In this document: positions 55,655-64,000 of the stretch, in pieces
How the letters are laid out: every line of letters begins with the position of its first letter
Numbering within the stretch: the stretch's first letter is position 1
Assembly: GCF_009914755.1 (NCBI RefSeq)
Contig: NC_060936.1
Reading direction: 5' to 3' (one strand)
Length of the DNA stretch: 64,000 nucleotides
Origin: the human T2T-CHM13v2.0 reference genome, Homo sapiens
The notes under the pieces: model-generated
Told to the model about the DNA's origin: nothing
Database searches by the model: none
The model's input: the letters and a program-made list of their open reading frames with translations, nothing else
Program-made: the position numbers and the translations under genes

Positions 55655-56589
55655 CCGGAGATGCCCAGTTGGCCAAACCTCTAGGGTACGTGTGAGGGGT
55701 TCCCTGCCTCTGGGAAGGAAAGTAAATGGATGGCTGCTAGGATGGGCTGTCATCTGGGCTCCAGTTGACCGGGGGAAGGTAAAGGGTTGGTTGCTGTCTT
55801 GAGAGCTTAGCAGCAATTAGCTAGAAATGCGTTTGTGGTGTCATGGGGCCGATCATCCCACCCAGACGGCAACCCGGAGGGGCCACCTTGGTCTTTCCTC
55901 TGCTTGTCTTCAAATGTAATAACTTCACTAAGGGGAAGCAGTCCGATGGTCCTGATGTGCAGCCTGCAGGTGCTGGGAAGGCTGTGCTGGTTGACAAAAT
56001 ATTTCAAAATGTTGACATTTGTTGGCTAATGGTCAACTTGTCTCAAGTCCTGCCTCCCTGCCTTCCTTGGGTCCCCTGGACCTGTTTAGGACCAGCAAGC
56101 ACTGTGTTTCCTCAGCCCCTGCCACGGCACCCCCCGTGCTAGGAAATGCTCTATGGAAGATTTGGACTGTCTCCCCGCACTGGACCCTCTGCTTCTCAGA
56201 CTCTGAGGAAGCGTTTGCCCACTGTGAGAGTCTCTGTCGGGATAAACCAGAGGCTAGAAGCCCCAGTGGAAGAAGCATCGTGCACGGAGTCCCATGAATC
56301 AATTCAGAGCTGATGAATGAGGAAGCCCCTGAGGACGAGGGGACCTGTGTCTTAGTTTTGGGTCAGAATAAAAGAAGGAACAAAAATCTCACAGAAGAAC
56401 CCTCCGTGGGTACGTGTTGTATCTCTAAGACTGAAGGGAGAGGGGCCTGGCAATGAGGGCTCAATTAAGGAGCTAAAGTGTGAGACATTATTGTCCCCAG
56501 ACTTAACTACTGAGGCATTTGTCAGGCAATAAATGATGCAATGTGTGTCATAAAAGAAATCCTCTGTTAATGGGCCAGTGCAGGAGGGA

Positions 56590-56810
56590 AAGGAGTGGGG
56601 TTTGGAGTGAGGGGATCTGGTTTCGAATCCTGGCTCTGCCAGAACCAGCTGTGTGACCTTCAGCCGGTCGTGCGCTATCGGGTGGGAGGGTCTGATTTGT
56701 TCATCTGGATGTTGAGAACAACGGTGACAGGCCTGGCCACACGGCTGCTTGGTGAAAGAACTCTGTGGGAGAGTGAGAAAAGCTATTATGGTAGCAAGTA
56801 CCGATAGGAA
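56590..56810 (+). mobile_element. MIR SINE
   Basis: ggtttcgaatcctggctctgccagaaccagctgtgtgacctt. Confidence 0.7.
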
Positions 56811-57439
56811 GGAGGCGGTGTGTGGACAGCGGAAGGGACCCTGTTTCTCTAGATATGGCTCTGGAACATTCTCTGCAGTTTGCCCCTTTGGCAACAAGAT
56901 GGGATGGCTGGGGGCAGGGACAGAACAGGATGCCTCTATTTGTGGTTTGCATAAATTAATTCCTGGAACATCATGACGGCAAGAAAGAAAGCTTTGTGAA
57001 AGTAGCAGATTTGGACCCCAGAATTCAGCGGAAGAATGATCAAGTCAAGGCAAGGCATGGCATCTGAGTCTCCGGGAATTGCGGGCATTGCAGTGACTTT
57101 TTGGGGCGTGCAAGAGCAAGCAGAAGGATGTCTTGGAGTCTGTGTAAAGACCTACAGGAAGGGGAGAAAGGGAGGCAGAAACATTTCATTTTCTTTAATG
57201 AGATATGCAGACATTTGAATCTCCTAATTCTACCCTTAAGGTTCCTTACGGTGGGTGGTAAAGTTGGGGCTTTCCTCCAGTTCGAGAATCTCTCTCCTGC
57301 TTGAACTCTACCATGAGAGGCTGCCTTCCTTGGGTCTTATAGGTGTTTTGGTTTGATTTTGATACATTCTATTTTTTTAAAGTTTCAGTCACTCCTGGGA
57401 GGGGTCATTTTTCACCTGTGGTTTTTTTTTCCCCCATCT

Positions 57440-58435
57440 TCTTTTTTGTACTGAGGTAAAATTTACATCACATAAAATTAGCCATTTCACTGGCAATTAG
57501 TACATTCACAGTGCCGTTGGACCACCATCTTTGTTTACTTCCAAAACACTGTCGTCATCCCAAAAGGAAACTGGGTACCCGTTAGCTAGGCAGCTACTCC
57601 CCATTTCCCCCATCCTCACTCTTCCCCAGTCCCTGGAAACCACCAGTCTACTTTCTGTCTCTATGGATTTACCTTCTGAATGTTTCATCTGAATGCAGTC
57701 GTATACTATGTGGCCTTTTGTGTCTGGCTTCTTTCACTCAGCATCACGTTATCGAGGTTCATCACGTAGCATGTGTCAGAACTTCATCCCTTTTTATGGC
57801 TGAATAATATTCCGTCATATGGATAGACCACATTTTATTTATCCCTCCATCATAGATGGGCATTTGAGTTCTTTCAGTCTTTTACGTATTGCCCACAGTG
57901 CTGCTGTGAACATGAGTGTACAAGTATTTGTTTGAGTGCCTGTTTTCAATTCATTTAGGTATATACCTAGGAGTGGAATTGCTAGACCATATGGTAATTC
58001 TATGTTTAACTTTTGGAGAAACTGGAAAACTGTTTTGCACAGTGGTTGTACCACTTTACGTTCCCCAGAGCAGTGTATGAGGGTTCCAATTTCTCTACAT
58101 CCTCACCAGCACTTAGTATCTGTCTTTTTTATTTTAGCCATCCCAGTGGGTATTAAGTGGTATGTCATTGTGGTTTGGATTTGCATTTCCCTGATGACTA
58201 ATGATGTTGTTGAGGGTATTTTCATGTGTTTATTGGCCACTTATATAACTCTGGAGAAATGTCTAGTCAAGACCTTTGCCGAGTTTTTAATTATGTTATT
58301 TGCTTTTGTTGTTGATTTTGTAGGAATACTTTATATACGCTGAATGCTAGGCCCTTATCAGATAGACAATTTGCATATATTTTCTCCCATTCTGTAGGTT
58401 GTCTTTTTGCTTTCATTCACTTGTTTTTAAATAGT
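57440..58435 (-). mobile_element. L1MB 3' end
   Basis: ccaccagtctactttctgtctctatggattt...tatatacctaggagtggaattgct...tttctcccattctgtaggttgtc. Confidence 0.9.
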
Positions 58436-59598
58436 GTCCTAGACCTGCTGCTATGTGTGGATTTGATTAATTAATCTTGGAGGGAATCTTTGCTTCCCAT
58501 CAATCTTTTCTTGGTGGTGCTGGGATGTCTGGCATAATGCACCTGTCTTTGCTGACATCCTCTAACTCCTCCACATAATATTTGGCTGCCTTTGATATCC
58601 CTTTTTTGTTCATGGGAGAGGGTGCCCAGGGCCTCACTGGGCCTTTCTTGTGGGTCCACAGGCTTCTGGGAAGCAGAGAGGAGCTGGTCACCTTCCCAGC
58701 CCAGCCTGCACTGACCTCTGCAGCATTAGTTCGCAGCATTAGTTTACATCCCCAGAAGTCCCAGCGGGCCCTTGTGGTGATACCTATGTTCAGTTAAGAC
58801 ATAGTAAGCAGTGGGCACCCCACGGCCTGCCTTCATCCTGGTGACCCTCCAGATGCATACACAGCATTGGGCCAAGTCCCCAGGTCGCCCTGGGAGAACA
58901 TGGATGTTGTCCGTGGACTCCCCACTGTTATAGAGGAGATGTTTTCTGGTTAGTAGCAACGTGAGGATCATTTCAGGAGCAGTGTACGAAAAGAAAGAAA
59001 CCCAGACTGTGAACTCTCCTTGGCCTTTTCTCAATGGCAACACACCTGGGTCCTTGATTCTTCCTGGTGGAACCGTGTTCTTTGAACATTGTACCAGGCA
59101 GCATCTGGCCCCGTTATCCTGCCTGAATGCCACATTTGCTCTTCAAACACCTGAGGACTGGGTGCTCCCGTCCATTCCTGCTCCCAGAGTGCCCAGTGCA
59201 ATGGCCTCCTCTTCCATCCCCTGGGCTGTGTGATCTTCTGGCCTTGCACAACCCACCCCGCATCTTAAAGACTCTTCTCCATCTCCAGGTGAAGAATAGG
59301 CCTTGCAGATCCATCTCTTCTGGCCCGAGGCATCTGTCTCATTTGCATCATGCTGGGATCCCTGGAGCAGCAAGTGATCTGGTTCCCAGCACACTGATTA
59401 AACAGAAAATTAATGCACATGGCAAAAGCTGGGGCTCCTACTTCCAGGCACTTGTAAAAATTACAAGACACTTAGTTTTTAAAGGAAAGCCACTTGCCAC
59501 CACTCTCCCCCACATCTCCCAGAGGAAGGGGGCGATGTTACAGATGCTTTCCCAGTGATCTGCTCTCGTGCCATCTTTTACTACCTGTTTCAAACTAA

Positions 59599-59790
<192 letters not shown>

Positions 59791-61046
59791 TAAGCATGGA
59801 GATCCCCAAGGCACCTCCGCAGTGGGGAGGAGGGGAGTGGCTGCCAGAGCTGATAGCAAAATAATGTGCGTGTGGATAAAGCGATGCCTCTGCGTTTAAT
59901 GAGAAATGATTTTTGAGGTCGGCAGTCTCAAAAATCACCAGAGTTCACATTTATCACAGCGTCGGGTTTGGTAACCGCGTTTTAAATTTTTATCTTTATT
60001 ATTACTATTGTTATTGTTTGCAGCGAAGAGTTGAAGAAGGAAATGGGGGAAATAAAAATGATTTAAGAGGCAAGGGGAAAATATACTTAGTAATGAGCAA
60101 ACCGAGGGTAGCTTTAGCTATTGGACATTCGTCCCTTAGTGCTTAAATATAGTTATTTTGCTGATATCACACTTGGGAATTGGCACATGGCCTCAGAATC
60201 TTAATTTGAATGAACTTGGCATTGCTGGAAGGCGGCCTGTCTTCTCTCGTTCAGACACCAGCCTTGGGCTTTACAAGGCTGAACTCACCTGGGACCCAGA
60301 GAGAGGTGATCACGTGTCACCTCACATCAGGACATCTGGCAGGTAGAAAGAACTCTCACCTGTGTTGCAGCCGCCTTCCCTACACAGTCTCATTGCCTCT
60401 GTTTTCTTCTTGTTTCATTAAACACCAGTCTTCTATGAGATTGCTTCACTGGGAGGGCTAACAAGCTTTGCTGGACATGCAGCCTCCTGCTTTAAAACCT
60501 CTGGCTCCTATTTCTCCCAGGAGGGGGCTCGGACTCCTCAGCTGAGCACACGAGCCCCTTCCGAGTTTGTTGCTTATCACCATATATTGTCACAACCAGT
60601 TCTCTTTCTTCCCTAAACTCTTCAAGGCCTGCAGCATTAGGAATGGCGGAGGCCTTCTGTGAATGAATGAAGGCCTGGGTGGAGGGGAGCATGAGAAATG
60701 GAGGGTCTTTTCCAGTGAGTTGCTGGCAAGCGCTGTCTCTTCTTGGGTGACCCCAGCCAACCCCAGCTAGAACTCTCTTCTGCCTGCTTTTGAAGATCTC
60801 TTTCAGAGGGTGAGAAGTGACTCAGACAGCGTGGTCCAAAGCATTCCATTAGGAATCACTAACTAAGTAATCTGGATGCCTCTTACTCTAAACTCTACGT
60901 TCCAGTCATCATTCTCTACATCTATCGACAGAGTTTTCAGCCCACAACCCTGCTTGACCCATGGTTTCTCTGCAGATTTGTGTCTGCCTGCTAGACACTC
61001 CTAAATTCTGAGTTGTTAGTTTCTAGGGAGCCTTGGATTTTTACAT

Positions 61047-61590
61047 TGCTTAGGTGCTTTCAGTTGCAAGTAATAGAATATTTACCTCAAAGTGGCTGCT
61101 GCAGCAGGGTTTTGTCATCTCACATAAAAGAAATTGAGAGGTAGATGGTGCCATGGATGGTGAATCCAGCAGCACAACGGTGTCTCCTGGGTGTTTTCTG
61201 TCTTCCCACTCCAGTATACCCAGTGCCCTGATTGTCACTCTCCAGCTTGGGTTCCTCATGGTCACAAGATGTCTGCAGCTCTTCCAGGCATCATAGACTC
61301 ACCCAACGATATCCAAAGACTTGAAGGGGGAGGCGGGGGGGTCTCTCCTCATGTGTCCCTTTTTACCAGGGAGGAAAACCTTTCCAACAATATCCATGGA
61401 AGTCTTCCCTTTAGATCTTATCAATACGCAGTGGGTTTCATGCTTTTGCCCGAGAGGCAGGGTACCCTTGGAAAATGAGTCTCTGGTATTATTTCCGGGC
61501 TTTGTAGTGGGAAATGGTCTCTGTTGCCAGGGAATGAGGATGGGAGAATGGGTGCCTACTGGGTGGTCAGCTCACAGTGTTTGCCACACT
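61047..61590 (-). mobile_element. Old MaLR LTR (MLT1J/L-like)
   Basis: ttcagttgcaagtaatagaa...ggtcacaagatgtctgcagctcttccaggcatca...gtgtttgccaca. Confidence 0.6.
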
Positions 61591-63376
61591 CTTTGAAGCT
61601 GGTTTCTGTCAAAGGTTGTAGCTTGATTCTCTACTTCGCCTGGGGGCCCTGTGTGTTTGTATTCCCAGTGGCAGACTCACTCTTGGTTGCTGAGCTTATC
61701 AGGTGGGTTTGTGTCCCTGCAGGTAGAGAAGTTTGGGGGTGGCGTGGTACCAGGAATGTAGGGTCAGGTGCTCAACCAGTAACCTTAGCAACCTGTCTCC
61801 CTGGTTTAGCTTTTTCTCAGACAGGCCCTTCCCTCCTGGAGGCAAGATGACTGCTAGCAGCTCCCAGCAAACATCTGCTAACTTGGTCACTTCAGGGAGA
61901 AAGCTGCTGTCCCCAGATAGGCCAGGCACACGTCCCAGTGCTGGTCACCACTGGCTCTGTTTGGCATAACTTAGATTGTGCACCCACCCTGAACCAATCA
62001 CTGTAGCCAGCCCTGAACCAGGGGTTTTGACCAGCGCTATTGGAAGAGCTTGGGCAGAGAGTGGGGGAGGGATTGTTGGTGGGCAGCAGATGCTGATGGG
62101 GACAGGAGATGGAGTGGGCGCCACCCCAGTTACCTTAGTCTCATGCCTCCTGCTGTTGTGCTACAGGAGTCCAAATGGGATTTTCTGGCCCCTTGCCCTC
62201 AGAAATCACTGTCTGGGTACAGAATGGTGATATCCATGGTCTATGCTTAGGAAATTAATTTTGTTGATATATTTGACTGACCAAGTGGTAATGTTTTAAA
62301 TTGAAGAGCAACCTGGGCCACGGCTATCACTTTTTGGTTCTGTGAGAATCAGTTTTGCATTCTCTTTAGAAAAGATAAAAAAAAGGTTACAGGGGAAAAA
62401 AGTAAAGTAGTTATATAAGCAGAGTTACATAATTATGAGACACTCTCACATTGTCTCATAAAGGAGAAAGAGTGTCCTCTTTCTCCTTCTCTTACTTCAC
62501 ATTTAGTATCTGACCTCCCTTGGGCCCTAAGAAGGGCAGGGATTGTCACTTTGGCATGACAATTTATGCTTACCTAATCTCGCAAAATCCATTCCATCAT
62601 CTAAATAAATAATTGCTTCTTTTTATCCCTTTTTTTGTTGAATTGTAATATCAAATGAGGTGTGAAGTACAGGCTCGTGGACCGTGCTTGCCAGCTAACA
62701 AAGTGAATATATGAATATATCCCCAACAAAACACCCTGCAAAATGCTGTAATCTCTGAATTGTGACAACCTTGAGTGGAATAGAGTTTTTGATAGCATAT
62801 TATGTACAAACTGCCTGAAATTCTGTGATAAGAATTAAAAATGTGTTGTATGGGAAGACCCGACATGCTCAGTTAGAAAGGCAGTAAAAATCTTAATTTA
62901 AAATATTTTAATGAACACTCTTTGTGAGGAAATGTGAGTAATAAAGATGAAAACCACAAGATAAAGAGTGGTGTTGCCAAAAGAGGAGAAGGAGATTAGA
63001 AAAATAAGCAAATTTGAAAGTGTTCAGAACAGATAACACTGAACCAAGGGAACCGAAAGCTAGATGATGGACTATTTGCATGGAAGCCACGTGCAGCTAG
63101 GTAGGTTGAGATGAGGTTGTTCTTTGAATGATTCTTGTCTGGCTGTTGGGACCCAAACCTCAGAGAAAATAAACCGCAACTTTTTATGTGGACAGAAACC
63201 ACAATACAGAGCCCATTCTTATCTAAAAATTTGAATAGAGGCAGAGAAAAGCTCAGAGGATAGGCAAGCAAAAGCCCTAAAATAGACTTCTTCAAAAAAA
63301 CAGGCACACCCACGTTGCTGTAACCCAACTCAAGGTGAAGTCAAGATCCAATCCAGCTGTTCACTGTGAAGGGTAC

Positions 63377-63737
63377 TGTATTAGTCTGTTCTCACACTGC
63401 TAATTAAGACATACCCAAGACCGGATAATTTATGGAGGAAAGAGGTTTCATTGACTCACAGTTCCACATGGCTGGGGAGGCCTCACAATCATGGCTGAAG
63501 GCGAATAAGGAGCAAAGTCACATCTTACATGGTGGCAAGTAAGAGAGCTTGTGTAGGGGAACTCCCTTTTATAAAACCATCAGTTCTCATGAGACTTCTT
63601 CACTATCACAAGAATAGCATGAGAAAGACCCACCCCCATGATTCATTTACCTCCCACCGGGTCCCTTCCACATGTGGAAAATATGGGAGCTACAATTTAA
63701 GATGAGATTTGGGCGGGGACACAGCCAAACCATATCA
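63377..63737 (-). mobile_element. THE1 (THE1C-like) 3' LTR
   Basis: tgtattagtctgttctcacactgctaa...ggggacacagccaaaccatatca. Confidence 0.95.
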
Positions 63738-64000
63738 TTCCATCCCTGGCCCTTCCCAAATCTCGTGTCCTCACATTTCAAAACCAGTCATGCCTCCCCA
63801 ACAATCCCCCAAAGTCTTAACTCACTTCAGCATTAACTCAAAAGTCCACAGTTCAAAGTCCTATCTGAGACAAGGCAAGCCCCTTCTGCCTGTGAGCCTG
63901 TAAAATCAAAAGCAAGTTAGTTACTTCCTAGATACAATGAGGGTATAGGCATGTGGTAAATACAGCCATTCCAAATGGGAGAAATTGGATAAAATGAAGG
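63738..64000 (-). mobile_element. THE1 internal region (continues beyond window)
   Basis: ttccatccctggccc (reverse complement of the polypurine tract), then the THE1-int blocks aaagtccacagt.caaagtc and ctgtaaaatcaaaagcaagttagttacttcc. Confidence 0.93.

Noticed and set aside
53279-55816. 845-aa and 567-aa minus-strand ORFs (HSTPL repeats) and the + strand EWSGV ORFs
   Set aside because: Artefacts of the stop-free repeat strand, with N-termini largely in antisense L1 3' UTR. No evidence of a gene.
57936-58343. 135-aa ORF and the overlapping minus-strand ORF with L1 ORF2-like C-terminal residues
   Set aside because: Decayed L1MB sequence, not an intact retrotransposon or host gene.

Overview
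Primate (almost certainly human) genomic DNA with no prokaryotic features. About half of it is interspersed repeat: 12 Alu/FLAM copies, L1PA/PB/MA/MB/MC/ME fragments, L2, MIR, many MaLR/ERVL/ERV1 LTRs and hAT-Charlie fossils. The only protein-coding sequence I can support is a 147-nt internal exon at 59643-59789 (+), which the ORF track misses. It reads (R)[48 protein letters not shown](R), which I recognise as TMEM132B (probably exon 3). The rest of the window is therefore intron of this long, neuron-expressed + strand gene. Read as pre-mRNA, several things stand out. (i) A 1.57-kb (GGAGT)n array carries about 50 perfect GTGAGT 5'-splice-site/U1 hexamers, directly upstream of a sense L1 poly(A) signal. 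(ii) Two (TG)n tracts each sit inside an acceptor/donor pair resembling TDP-43-repressed cryptic exons. (iii) There are two candidate recursive splice sites. (iv) A deleted ERV1 provirus has a G-to-A hypermutated 3' LTR. (v) A repeat-free motif cluster holds a perfect D-box, an X-box and paired E'-boxes. Repeat subfamily names come from recollection of consensus sequences, and boundaries of old elements are approximate.
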